DNA of 64,000 bases from a virus. Each line of letters begins with the position of its first letter. Within the stretch, counting starts at the first letter, position 1. This document shows, one piece after another, positions 54,697 to 64,000 of this stretch. The stretch spans positions 7,234-71,233 of the IMG/VR virus record IMGVR_UViG_3300042965_000128; one strand, given 5' to 3'. The notes under the pieces were generated by a model. That model was not told the DNA's origin. It saw only the letters and a program-made list of their open reading frames with translations, and ran no database searches. The translations under genes and the position numbers were made by a program.

Positions 54697-57600
54697 GTGA
54701 TAAGGATGAAGAGGTCACGTTATTTTGATGATATGCTTGTTTCGGCGCTTCAATTGAATTATGGTGAGCAGACTAAGGTTGAGGGTATATTGGAGCGTAT
54801 TCGTGCGGTTATACAGCGTGGTAGGGTTAGTGGATTGGGATTAGCGTCGGCGCCCGGGAATTTGCTTGTGATACAGCCTGGTGAGGGGTATACGATGCTC
54901 GGTGAGCGGATTTATGTTGAGTCGGAATATACTGTGGCACCGCCTGCTCCACCAAGCGGAGAGAAGTTTTATTATGTGTACTTGAAGTATAAGGAGGAGG
55001 TGGTCAGCGGGACTGAAGCGCCGTTATATGGTGGGGGTACGACTGAGCCGACTGAGATCAAGGATTCGTTCGAGGTGGTTTTTTCTGAAACAATTGAGAG
55101 CAATCCTACGGATAAGATACTTATAGGTAGGATTAAAGTTAATTCGAGCGGTGCGATTCTGGAAATTAAGGATTATAGGGTTGATTTCCTTAGGTCGCGA
55201 TTGTCGGTGTCGCAACCTTCACTTATTACGGGTGTGTTTGTTGTGGATGCTGGTTCGCAGATAAGTTCTGGGACTGGAAGGTTGGAGCTGAGCAGGGATA
55301 GTACTGGATATAGATTTCGTTGGAAACGTCCTGGTGGTGAGTGGGGGAATTATAGTCCTTATTTGACCAGTGATGGTATTTATAGAGTTGAGGGTGATAT
55401 ACCAGAAACATATTTGAGGGTTAATGTTATTGTTAGTTTGCTCCCTGCTTTGGATGTTGGTGGATCAATGGTTGAGGATTTGGTTGTGTATGATATATAT
55501 GATAGGGTTTCAGCGGGATACTTTGCGGATTTGTTTTCGGGAAAGGATTTAGCGCATAGGTTGATGCTCGGGAGTGGTATGGTCACGGAGCGGAACCCGC
55601 ATGGGTTGACCCTTGCAGATTTAGGTGAGCGCGTGGAGGTGCTTTTGCCTGAGCGTGTTACGGGAATATGGAAACGCTCTAACAGGGATTTCTTAAAGGT
55701 TCAGAAGGTGAGTGGTTTGCCATCGGCGATACAGATAACGACTGCTGTGGGTGAGGATGCCTATTATGTGCGTGGGCGGAGGTTGAATAATATTTCGCCA
55801 AGTTTGATTAATCTGAATGATATTTATGGTGGTGATGATGTTTATGAGATTATAGAGGTTTATGTGGACGAGAATGGCACCACGAGGACCTCAAAGCGTA
55901 TGGCATATAGGTCAGGGTTGCGGAATATCAGTAAGATGTATGTGTGTTATGTTGGGGATATACCCGCGGGTTCCTATGCGGTAGGATTTAAGATTGAGGG
56001 TGGGAAGAAGTATATATGTTTTAAGAGGAGTGCTGAGCCCACTGAGCGTGTGCAGTGGAAGGAGGTGGATGATAATACGGCGGGATATTTTGCATTGGTT
56101 AATTCAGATGGATATACGGTATTGGTGAATATTTTACCTCCGCCTAATGCATGGCCAGGTGGAGAGACTTATGATGAGTTTGATGTATATGATTTAGTTG
56201 ATGAATGGGTAAATTTGAAGTTAGCTTCGGTTGTGTTTGATGCAATAACACCCGAGGTCAAGGAGATTTATGATATTCGCAGATTTGGAACTACGGGTAT
56301 GCTTTTTGTGAATGAGGATGCTTTTTCGGATATTGATGCGTCGGTTGCGGAGGGATATCTTGAAGGGATGTTTGCGAAGGCGATGACGGATGGTGTTTTG
56401 CAGGGGCTCAAGGCATGGAAGAAGAGTGATGATACGGTTGCAATAACTGGTGGGATGATTTTCCTGAAGGGTAGAAAGATTGAAATTAGTTATAATGAAG
56501 TGAGTGGATTTGGTTCTACATATCCGAATGGTTTGTGGTATGTTGGTATAAAGGAGAATGATAAGACTGTGGGTGGTTTCGGATGGTTCGTTACGAATGA
56601 TTTATCTAAATTTGAAAATCAGGTTGGTAGATATGATATGCCTGTTGGAGTTGTTTTAGTTTGCAGTGTGTATGTTGCGAGTAATGTTATACAATATGTT
56701 TTTGATGAGCGTAGGGCAGTTAGCTTCAGGTCTGGGTTTGGTTCACTGCCTCAACCCATAAGGGAACTTTTATTGGGAGATCATTTGAGGAAATTACGAG
56801 TCTATAAGGTTGATACTGGTATAGTTATTGCTTCTGGAGTGAGGTTGATGGATGGGCAGTGGATTGCTGAGAAGGGAAGTGGTACCTGCTTTTTGATTAA
56901 GTTTGATGAAAATGCAAATGATCTGGTTTTGATGACAGGCATTTCGAGTGGTATAGGCAATGCTGTTAGTTTTGATAAGGTTCAAGTGATTATAGATGAA
57001 AATCAGCTTTATGTGTATTCGAGAGCACCAATTTTTCCTGCTCTGGTTAGTATGAGTGATAATTATCATGGTCTTTTTGCAGAGTCAAGGGCGAGTGGGC
57101 GTGTCGGTGTGTATGGTAAGAATTCAAACACGAGTGGTGTTAATTATGGTGTTGTGGGCGAAGTTGTATCAGCGAGTGGTTATGGTGTATATGGTATAGG
57201 TAATGCGGGTGTGGGTGTGTATGGTGTTAGCAATTGGATAGGTATCAGGGGTGTAGCCACTGGGGATGGTACTAATACTAATCATCGTTATGGGATAGTA
57301 GGTGTGGGTTCGGCTGATGTGTCTGGGTATTATGGTGTAGTTGGTGTAAGAGGTTCTGTAAGTTTACCGAGTAGTTTATCAGGCTATACCGGTTGGGCAA
57401 TTGGGGTTTCGGGACGCATAGATTCGACTGTGAGTGGGACTTATACGGTTCACGGTGTGGAAGGATATGTAATAACTTCTTCGGGAACGAGCGGTGGATA
57501 CTCTGCAAGAGGTGTAACAGGTTATGTTAGTCATGGTGCGTCTGTGACAGGCATAGTTTGTGGTGTTTATGGTGAAATAGCGGGTTCAAATGCAAGTGCA

Positions 57601-58545
57601 GGTTATGGTGTTTATGGTGTGGGTAATGCGGGTATAGGTGTTCGTGGATATAGCACAGGGAAGGATGGTGTGCGGGGAGAGTCATCGGCGTCTCATTGGG
57701 CGGGTGTTTATGGTAGGTCAACAGCGGCGAACGGTTTTGGTGTTTATGGACATGTGGAATCGGACGTCGAAGGATGTTCTTTAGTTGCAATTGGCGGTTC
57801 TGTTATGGCGGGTGCTGCTAAGCAGAATGTGTATGGAATATCTTTAACAGCAGATGCATTCACATTTGAGAATGTAAATGCTTATGGTGTTGCGGCCACG
57901 GCTTGGTCTTATTCAAATTCAAAAGCTTACGGTGTTAACGGTGCAGCATACGGAGGAGGAACTAATTATGGTGTTTATGGTGAAGCATCAGGAGGGGATG
58001 CAAATTATGGTGTTTATGGTAAAGCAAGAGGAGGGGATGTAAATTATGGTGTTTATGGTAAAGCAGAAGGAGGGAATGTAAATTATGCTGGTTATTTTGA
58101 TGGGTTACTTAGAGTAATTGGAAGTATAGATAAGAAAGGAACGTGCAATTTTAAGATAACGCATCCGCTGGATCCAAAAAAATGGTTGCTTCATACCAGT
58201 ATTGAATCAGATAGGCCCCTCTTATTATACGCAGGTTCTGGAAGGTTAAGTGGTGGGCGCTGTGTGATTACTTTGCCGGCTTATTTTGAAGCATTGGCAG
58301 GTTCTAAACCGCGTCATGTGATTTTATCTTGTAAAAATGGCTGGTCTGGATTATATGTTAACGGTGGTGTAATCGATGGTAAGTTTGAGGTTTTGGCGGC
58401 TGATGGTGGAAATCCTGAACAGGAGTTTGATTGGATGGTAGTTATTGAGCGTGATGATGAATATATGAGGAAGCATCCTTTTATAGTTGAGGTCGAGAAA
58501 ACACCGGCTGAACTGCAACAAGAAGGTTTGCAAGAAAATGATTAG
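54697..58545 (+). CDS. tail fibre / receptor-binding protein
   Basis: 1282 aa; NPHGLT, long G-V-Y-G beta-roll repeats, C-terminal F.I.HPLDP...H..IES domain. Confidence 0.8.
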   Translation: MIRMKRSRYFDDMLVSALQLNYGEQTKVEGILERIRAVIQRGRVSGLGLASAPGNLLVIQPGEGYTMLGERIYVESEYTVAPPAPPSGEKFYYVYLKYKEEVVSGTEAPLYGGGTTEPTEIKDSFEVVFSETIESNPTDKILIGRIKVNSSGAILEIKDYRVDFLRSRLSVSQPSLITGVFVVDAGSQISSGTGRLELSRDSTGYRFRWKRPGGEWGNYSPYLTSDGIYRVEGDIPETYLRVNVIVSLLPALDVGGSMVEDLVVYDIYDRVSAGYFADLFSGKDLAHRLMLGSGMVTERNPHGLTLADLGERVEVLLPERVTGIWKRSNRDFLKVQKVSGLPSAIQITTAVGEDAYYVRGRRLNNISPSLINLNDIYGGDDVYEIIEVYVDENGTTRTSKRMAYRSGLRNISKMYVCYVGDIPAGSYAVGFKIEGGKKYICFKRSAEPTERVQWKEVDDNTAGYFALVNSDGYTVLVNILPPPNAWPGGETYDEFDVYDLVDEWVNLKLASVVFDAITPEVKEIYDIRRFGTTGMLFVNEDAFSDIDASVAEGYLEGMFAKAMTDGVLQGLKAWKKSDDTVAITGGMIFLKGRKIEISYNEVSGFGSTYPNGLWYVGIKENDKTVGGFGWFVTNDLSKFENQVGRYDMPVGVVLVCSVYVASNVIQYVFDERRAVSFRSGFGSLPQPIRELLLGDHLRKLRVYKVDTGIVIASGVRLMDGQWIAEKGSGTCFLIKFDENANDLVLMTGISSGIGNAVSFDKVQVIIDENQLYVYSRAPIFPALVSMSDNYHGLFAESRASGRVGVYGKNSNTSGVNYGVVGEVVSASGYGVYGIGNAGVGVYGVSNWIGIRGVATGDGTNTNHRYGIVGVGSADVSGYYGVVGVRGSVSLPSSLSGYTGWAIGVSGRIDSTVSGTYTVHGVEGYVITSSGTSGGYSARGVTGYVSHGASVTGIVCGVYGEIAGSNASAGYGVYGVGNAGIGVRGYSTGKDGVRGESSASHWAGVYGRSTAANGFGVYGHVESDVEGCSLVAIGGSVMAGAAKQNVYGISLTADAFTFENVNAYGVAATAWSYSNSKAYGVNGAAYGGGTNYGVYGEASGGDANYGVYGKARGGDVNYGVYGKAEGGNVNYAGYFDGLLRVIGSIDKKGTCNFKITHPLDPKKWLLHTSIESDRPLLLYAGSGRLSGGRCVITLPAYFEALAGSKPRHVILSCKNGWSGLYVNGGVIDGKFEVLAADGGNPEQEFDWMVVIERDDEYMRKHPFIVEVEKTPAELQQEGLQEND
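57964..58086 (+). repeat. 3 x 39-bp coding tandem repeat plus a partial copy
   Basis: AATTATGGTGTTTATGGT(G/A)AAGCA...GGAGGG(G/A)ATG(C/T)A at 57964, 58003, 58042. Confidence 0.9.
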
Positions 58546-58583
58546 ATTAAAAAAAGGAATGAAGGTATGAAGGAGGTGATAAT

Positions 58584-58877
58584 ATGGGTTTGGTGATGTC
58601 TTCGGTGCAGGCTGTCACTTTTGATCGTGGTAGTATAGGTAGAGTGTTGATTTTGCCGGATTCACGTCATATCGTGGTAGATCTTATTTTTGGATATGTA
58701 GATCAAGCAACTGGTCAATTTGTTGCTGTGCGTGGTCGTTCGGTTGAAATTAAGGGTGCAGATTTTGATTCGCTTGCGCAGAGGTTGACTACTGGTAAGT
58801 CGCTTTATGAGGAGATAAAGACCGCGATTTGGGAGAAGTTGATAGAGATGGGTGTGGTTAGTGGAACGATAGAGTAG
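58584..58877 (+). CDS. small fibre-associated protein
   Basis: RBS AAGGAGGTG; follows the fibre gene. Confidence 0.65.
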   Translation: MGLVMSSVQAVTFDRGSIGRVLILPDSRHIVVDLIFGYVDQATGQFVAVRGRSVEIKGADFDSLAQRLTTGKSLYEEIKTAIWEKLIEMGVVSGTIE

Positions 58878-58878
58878 C

Positions 58879-58907
58879 TTGTAACAGCTCTAAAAGATTA
58901 GTATAAA
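58879..58907 (+). promoter_or_regulatory. possible sigma70 promoter for the DNA metabolism module
   Basis: TTGTAA, 17-nt spacer, TATAAA. Confidence 0.35.
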
Positions 58908-58921
58908 GTGGGAGATAGGAG

Positions 58922-59224
58922 ATGAAGATTGGGATAGAAAGGGTATTTTTTGATTCGGTGAATGTTAAAACGGTGGTTTTGGATTTTATGAATAAGGTTG
59001 TGGTTGTGGATTTTGTGTTAGGTTCTGGTGATGTGGAGGTTTTGCCACAGCGGTTGACGCTTGATTTACAGGATTTACTTTTGCGGCGTGTGGAAGGTAA
59101 GGAGGTGTTAGGTGATTTTTTAGTGGATTGGCTTAAAGCCTCTATATTGCGTGTGCTGTTAGGTTCGGGTAGCAGGGAAGATGCTTCAAAGGTTACCGAG
59201 GGATTACCGGGAGAGGCAAAATGA
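58922..59224 (+). CDS. small hypothetical protein, weakly similar to the 58584 ORF
   Basis: V.FD...I/V..V.....VVD...G pattern shared. Confidence 0.55.
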   Translation: MKIGIERVFFDSVNVKTVVLDFMNKVVVVDFVLGSGDVEVLPQRLTLDLQDLLLRRVEGKEVLGDFLVDWLKASILRVLLGSGSREDASKVTEGLPGEAK

Positions 59225-60303
59225 AGATTCTGTTTTATGGTGATGTTCATCATGGTTCATCTTTGCGGTATGGTAGGGATATTGGTGGTGTGAATTCGCG
59301 GTTGAAGGCTTCGTTGGCGGTTGAGGATGCGGTTTATAGGGTTGCCAGGGAGGATAATGTTGATTTGATTGTGTTTTTGGGTGACCTGGTGGAGTTGAGT
59401 TCTCGTGCGCATATAAATGATGTGGTGCGTCGGCACATTTTGAATATGGCTGATATTCCTCGTGTTTTTGTGGTGGGCAATCATGACTTATTTTATAAGG
59501 AGTTGGATTTTTTTGGTAATGTGAATGATATTTTTGCGGATTTGGGCTGGCGTGTTGTTGAGCGGATCGAGATTTTGGATCTGAATGGTTTATCTTTGGG
59601 GTTTGCGGGGTGGAAGTCGGATGATTCTGAGTTGATTGATGTTGTTATGCGTATGAGGGATGTGCGGCTATGGTTTTTGCATAAGGAGATAAAGGGAGGT
59701 TATTTGCGTAAGAACCTGGTTGCGGAGGAGGGTATTTTGTTGGATGGTGTTCATGTGGGTGGGTGGGTTGTGGTGGGGCACCATCATGTCCCCTATGTTG
59801 ATGAGGTGAGGAGGATTTTGTTTGCGGGTTCGGTTCATAGGGTTGATTTGAATGATTGTGATGGGTTGGAGCGTGGTTGTTATATATGGGATAGTGAGGA
59901 GCCTGATGTTTTTACATTTGTGAGGTTGGAGAATGTTTCGCAGCTTGATCTGGTTGAGGTGTGTGTGGGTGATGATTTTGATGCCGAGCGTTTTTTGAAG
60001 GAAGTTTTAGTTTCAAGGAAGGGGAATTGTGTGGTATTGCGGATTACGGCGAGGAAGGAGGTGTTGGAATGGTTTTTGCGTAATAGAGTGGATATTATGG
60101 GTGAATGTGGTCTGGAGAATCTGACTATTCAGCCGGTTGTATTACAACCCGAGGTGGTCAGGGATGATGTGTTGAGGGTGGTAGGTGCGGCCACGTCGCA
60201 GGATGAGCGGTTGTGGAATTTTGTTAATTTTTCGAAGACGGAGCTTGACAAGGAAGTTCTTTTCAAGGTAGGGAAGGAGATTTTAGCATCATGTTCAGAG
60301 TAA
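59221..60303 (+). CDS. sbcD: Mre11/SbcD-like metallophosphoesterase nuclease
   Basis: GDVH, FLGDL, VGNHD, GHHH, AGS motifs; next to Rad50. Confidence 0.85.
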   Translation: MKILFYGDVHHGSSLRYGRDIGGVNSRLKASLAVEDAVYRVAREDNVDLIVFLGDLVELSSRAHINDVVRRHILNMADIPRVFVVGNHDLFYKELDFFGNVNDIFADLGWRVVERIEILDLNGLSLGFAGWKSDDSELIDVVMRMRDVRLWFLHKEIKGGYLRKNLVAEEGILLDGVHVGGWVVVGHHHVPYVDEVRRILFAGSVHRVDLNDCDGLERGCYIWDSEEPDVFTFVRLENVSQLDLVEVCVGDDFDAERFLKEVLVSRKGNCVVLRITARKEVLEWFLRNRVDIMGECGLENLTIQPVVLQPEVVRDDVLRVVGAATSQDERLWNFVNFSKTELDKEVLFKVGKEILASCSE

Positions 60304-62390
60304 AGGCAATAGAGTTTGAGAATGCTTTTGTTTTTAATGGTTCCTATAGGATAAATTTTCCCGAGCGGGGTCTGGTTTTGATTGAGGGTATGAATGAGGA
60401 TGCTGGTGGTTCGAATGGTGCGGGGAAGACATCTTTTTTGAATTTGATACCGACGGCATTGTTTGAGCAGAATGGTTCCGGTTTAATTAAGGATTTAGTG
60501 ATAAACAGGTTTTGTGAGAGTTGTGAGATACGGCTTGTGCTGGATAATGGCTTATTGGTTGTTTATACCCGATCTCGGAGGGGGAAGTCGGATTGGTTTT
60601 TGGTGAAGGATGGTAAGCAGGTGCGTGGTAAGAGTTTGAGTGAAACTAAGAATTTGATTTTTGATGCGTTGCGTGTCACTTACGAGCAATATTCATCGGT
60701 TGTGCATTTGCGTCAGGGTGGTACTCTGGGTTTCTGGGAGTTATCGCCCTCCGAAAGGGTGAAAATGATATCTGATATTTTGGGGTTGGGCAGGTATGAG
60801 GTTGCTTCGCAGCGTGCGAGGGAGTTTGTGAATGATCTGGATAAGGGCGTTGCTGGTTTGAGGGCTGAGTTATCGACGCTTGAGGGTGTTATGAATAAGT
60901 TGAAGGATGAATTATCTACGCGGAGGGCGCTTTTGATTGATACTTCTGTTCATGTTGAGGAGGGTAGACGGTTGAGTGAGCTTGTTAAATCTAAGAGTGA
61001 GGAGTTGAAGGATTGGTTGAAGGAGCTTGGTAGTCTGGAATTGAAGATGAAGACGTTGAAGGATGAGCAGCGGCGGATAGGTATGGAAATAGCGGATAAG
61101 GAGCGGTTGAAGGAGGAGCGTGCGCGGAATATGCATCGTATTGAGTCGTTACTTAAGGATATAGTGAAGATGGAGGAGGAGCACAGGTTATTGAGTGAGC
61201 GAGTGAAGATGAAGGATGAGTTATCGGCGGAATTATTCAAGTTGAGGACGTTGCTTGAGCGGAGGAAGGATGAATGTAGCAGGAAGGAGGGAAAGATAAT
61301 TGAATTGAGAAAGATTCTGGAGTTGCGTGTTTCGGATGATTGTCCTGTTTGTGGTCGTCCAATCGATAGCAGGACATTTGATCAGAGAAGGAAGCATATT
61401 GAGGGTGAGATTTTGGGGCTGGAGAAGGAGGTTGATTTGATGAAGAGAGAGATAGATGAGCTTAAAATGAGAATCTCTGGTGTTGAGCGTGAGTTGGCGA
61501 GTTTGCATGGAGTGGAGGGTCGGTTGATGGCTATTGAGCAGGTGATTTCTGCTTCGAAGAAGGAGGAATTGGAGAGGGGTCTGTCATTTGAAAAAGAGCA
61601 GATTGAGTTGTTGGAGAGGGATATAATGGATTTGAAGGGGAAGCTCGTTGCGTTTGGTTCGGAACAGGATTTGAATGAACGGTTTTGGGAGGTGAAGCGT
61701 AGGGTTGTAGCGCTTGAGCAGGAGATAGGTTCGTTGAATAAGGAGATTGAGCGCATAAATCGTGTGATTATGGAGCAGGAATCCGTGCGTAAGCGTATAG
61801 CGGAGATTGAGGATGAGTTGCGCAGGCTGGAGGCAGAGATCAGGAAGAAGCAGGATTTGGTATTCGAGGAGGAGCGAAAGATTTTATATTATAAGTGGTG
61901 GGTAGATGGTTTCAAGCGTTTTCAGTTGATTGAGATATCGAATGCGATTGAGTTATTGCAGGAGCGATTGCAGTTTTATGCGGGTTCGTTGTTTGAAGAC
62001 AGGATGGTAATAGAGCTTGATGTTTTTGCACAGAAAAAAACGAAGAAGGAGGAGCTTGATTTTAAGCATGAGATAAATATGCGTATTAATGATGGTTTGA
62101 TACCGCTGTCTGGCTATTCTGGTGGGGAGAAACAGTTATTGTCGTTGGTGTTAATGCTTTCATTGAATGATATTTTGGGGTTCAGGTTTTTGATACTTGA
62201 TGAGGTGTTTGGTAGTTTAGATGAGCTGAATCGTGAGCGTGTGATCAGGCTTTTGCGTGAGGTTTCAAAGGAGAAGCTCGTGCTGGTAGTGACGCATATA
62301 GATGATGTGAAGACTGCGCTTGAATGGGATAGGATTTTGCGGGTTATTCGTCGGAATGGTTCATCGAGGCTTGAGGAGGTTGTGTTGTGA
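60291..62390 (+). CDS. sbcC: Rad50/SbcC-like SMC ATPase
   Basis: Walker A GSNGAGKT, coiled coil with CPVCG zinc hook, YSGGEK, LILDEVFGSLD, VTH. Confidence 0.92.
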   Translation: MFRVKAIEFENAFVFNGSYRINFPERGLVLIEGMNEDAGGSNGAGKTSFLNLIPTALFEQNGSGLIKDLVINRFCESCEIRLVLDNGLLVVYTRSRRGKSDWFLVKDGKQVRGKSLSETKNLIFDALRVTYEQYSSVVHLRQGGTLGFWELSPSERVKMISDILGLGRYEVASQRAREFVNDLDKGVAGLRAELSTLEGVMNKLKDELSTRRALLIDTSVHVEEGRRLSELVKSKSEELKDWLKELGSLELKMKTLKDEQRRIGMEIADKERLKEERARNMHRIESLLKDIVKMEEEHRLLSERVKMKDELSAELFKLRTLLERRKDECSRKEGKIIELRKILELRVSDDCPVCGRPIDSRTFDQRRKHIEGEILGLEKEVDLMKREIDELKMRISGVERELASLHGVEGRLMAIEQVISASKKEELERGLSFEKEQIELLERDIMDLKGKLVAFGSEQDLNERFWEVKRRVVALEQEIGSLNKEIERINRVIMEQESVRKRIAEIEDELRRLEAEIRKKQDLVFEEERKILYYKWWVDGFKRFQLIEISNAIELLQERLQFYAGSLFEDRMVIELDVFAQKKTKKEELDFKHEINMRINDGLIPLSGYSGGEKQLLSLVLMLSLNDILGFRFLILDEVFGSLDELNRERVIRLLREVSKEKLVLVVTHIDDVKTALEWDRILRVIRRNGSSRLEEVVL

Positions 62391-62414
62391 TTGAGGCATG
62401 GGATTTAGTGAGGG

Positions 62415-63719
62415 ATGAAGGTTGTTTTTGTAGATGTTGATTCCCTGGGATTGACTTCGGTAGAGGATGCGAAGTGGATTTTTGATAATTTTGATAGGTC
62501 TGGGTACATAATAATCTGGGTTTTTGAGGATTTTCCCTTTAAATCCGGTTCTGCGTTGGAGGTGTTTATTGAATCAAGGGGTTTTGTGATTTTTAAGGTT
62601 TTGAACCCTGCGCGGTTTATATACAGTTTGATGCATTTGCCACTGTGGTATAGGGTGGATGGGTTTATCGTTTGTTCGAGGAACGAAGGTTTTGTTCCCT
62701 TGCTGGGTTGTGGTGTAGATGCGATATGGTTTTCGGAGCATGATGTGGTTGACTTTTTCTTTTATGAGTCGCAGGGTTTAAATCCTGAGCGGTTTCTGGA
62801 TTATGCTGTCATTATGGATTATGCGAGTGAGAACGGAATTAGGGTTGATGAGGAGAGGTTGCTGGGTTTTTTGAGGACATATTCCCTAGAGGATATTTCG
62901 CATGAGTTAGTGCGGGATGTGGTTATGGAGGCGGAGCTGGATTTTTTGCTGAAGGGTGACTTTTATAAGGTTCTCTGTGAGCGGAAGCGGAGATTAGCAT
63001 TGGAAGTTGATGAGGGTATTGATATTTTTGAGATTGGTAAGGTGCTTTATGGTTCTAAAAGATTTTTAGTCAGTAAGGAGAGAGTGGATAGGGCTTTACT
63101 GGAGTGGCGGTTCAGGTGTCGGCAGATGTTGATGAGTGGGTGTAGGGTATGTGGGGGAATTTTGGAGAGGAAGAAGTGGGTGCTGGGTAAGGTGGTAGGG
63201 GGTGCAGGTAAGGTGTGTGGTAAGGTGGTCATTATTGGTGAGGCGCCCGGTGAGGAGGAAGAGGAGAAGGGTAAGCCCTTTGTTGGTAAGAGTGGTGAGT
63301 TGTTGAACAGATGGCTTGAGATAGCGGGTTTGAGCAGGCATGATGCGTGGATTACGAATGCTACTTTGTGTAGGTTGAGGAATGCGGAGGGTAAGGCGGT
63401 GGCTCCTGATAAGAATGTAGTTGAGGCATGCAGGTGGCATGTTGAGGCAGATGTAATGGATTCGTTGATGTGTAATGGTAAGGTTATGATCTGGGCGCTT
63501 GGTAGGGTTGCGCTTGACTCGTTGAAGGATTTGGTGAATGTTGCGAATGCGAGGCATGGGTTGCATAAATTGAGTTTTGATGGGTTTGAAATCTGGTTGT
63601 TATATTTGTTTCATCCTTCTGCGATTTTACGTTCAAATGATGGTTCCTCGCATTTAAGCGTTATAAATATTTTGAAGTCTCTTGAGAAGGAGGAAGGTTT
63701 TGCGTGGTTTAGAAAATAG
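62415..63719 (+). CDS. udg: family-4 uracil-DNA glycosylase with a long N-terminal domain
   Basis: CRVC, IIGEAPG.EE...GKPFVGKSG, ITNA..CR, HPS.ILR. Confidence 0.8.
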   Translation: MKVVFVDVDSLGLTSVEDAKWIFDNFDRSGYIIIWVFEDFPFKSGSALEVFIESRGFVIFKVLNPARFIYSLMHLPLWYRVDGFIVCSRNEGFVPLLGCGVDAIWFSEHDVVDFFFYESQGLNPERFLDYAVIMDYASENGIRVDEERLLGFLRTYSLEDISHELVRDVVMEAELDFLLKGDFYKVLCERKRRLALEVDEGIDIFEIGKVLYGSKRFLVSKERVDRALLEWRFRCRQMLMSGCRVCGGILERKKWVLGKVVGGAGKVCGKVVIIGEAPGEEEEEKGKPFVGKSGELLNRWLEIAGLSRHDAWITNATLCRLRNAEGKAVAPDKNVVEACRWHVEADVMDSLMCNGKVMIWALGRVALDSLKDLVNVANARHGLHKLSFDGFEIWLLYLFHPSAILRSNDGSSHLSVINILKSLEKEEGFAWFRK

Positions 63720-63741
63720 GGCATGCTCTGTTAGGGAGAGT

Positions 63742-64000
63742 ATGTTTTTGGATTATGTGAACAGGCGGTTTTTGCTGGTAGGTAGTGATGATTATGTTCC
63801 GCTGGTGAGTGCGAAGTTGATACCTGGTGGTATATCCTTTAGTGTTTGGGATTTGATGAATTTTGTTGCGTGGTTGAGGGATAAGGGGTTTGATTTTGTG
63901 GATGCTTCGGATAGGGCATTTGAGATAGCTGAGGCGTATATGAAGTATGTGGAGGAGCAGCGGTTGCGCAAGCAATGCACGGAGCGGATTGTTTTGGAAA
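63742..64000 (+). CDS. partial ORF running off the window end
   Basis: MFLDYVNRRF... stays open to 64000; start could be TTG 63700. Confidence 0.55.
   Translation, partial: MFLDYVNRRFLLVGSDDYVPLVSAKLIPGGISFSVWDLMNFVAWLRDKGFDFVDASDRAFEIAEAYMKYVEEQRLRKQCTERIVLE

Noticed and set aside
57964-58086. Diversity-generating retroelement template/variable repeat pair
   Set aside because: These are short adjacent coding repeats; no reverse transcriptase or separate template repeat is present in the window.
19-63980. Many minus-strand ORFs, some long (30542-31771, 34438-35256, 45424-46185)
   Set aside because: They are shadows of the G/T-skewed + strand genes: rich in P/H/T/S/I, overlapping well-supported genes, and without motifs.
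1-64000. Archaeal host or alternative genetic code
   Set aside because: Sigma70 promoters and peptidoglycan hydrolases point to bacteria; ORFs tile densely under the standard code using all three stop codons.
1-64000. tRNA, rRNA, integrase, IS elements, introns or inteins
   Set aside because: No cloverleaf, recombinase, transposase or splicing motifs were recognised by eye; tRNAscan-SE and Infernal would be needed to exclude them.

Overview
The window is a 64-kb segment of a large contractile-tailed (myovirus-type) dsDNA phage genome, with every credible gene on the + strand. Canonical sigma70 promoters, strong AGGAGGTG RBSs and peptidoglycan hydrolases indicate a bacterial host; the E/K/R/V-rich proteins suggest a thermophile (inference). 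Layout: (i) early operon with a MoxR-type AAA+ ATPase, an HEXXH/VWA partner and about 10 small paralogous ORFs (1-8.3 kb); (ii) accessory, lysis and putative virion-cargo region with an AcrIII-1 ring nuclease, methyltransferases, LigD phosphoesterase, HAD phosphatase, nucleotidyltransferase and about 13 dispersed helical-hairpin paralogs (8.5-31 kb); (iii) head, neck, tail, baseplate and fibre genes (31-59 kb); (iv) Mre11/Rad50 and a family-4 UDG fusion (59-64 kb). No terminase, portal, integrase, tRNA or CRISPR array was recognised. The best candidate new system is a recurring basic (R/K)-x-(A/G/S) motif at leader and domain boundaries of head proteins and of AcrIII-1, suggesting protease-processed, capsid-packaged anti-defence cargo. 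The second is the AAA+/VWA-peptidase pair followed by diversified proteins sharing a terminal h-h-E-x-x-L tag. All family calls come from motif recognition by eye; no database searches were run.
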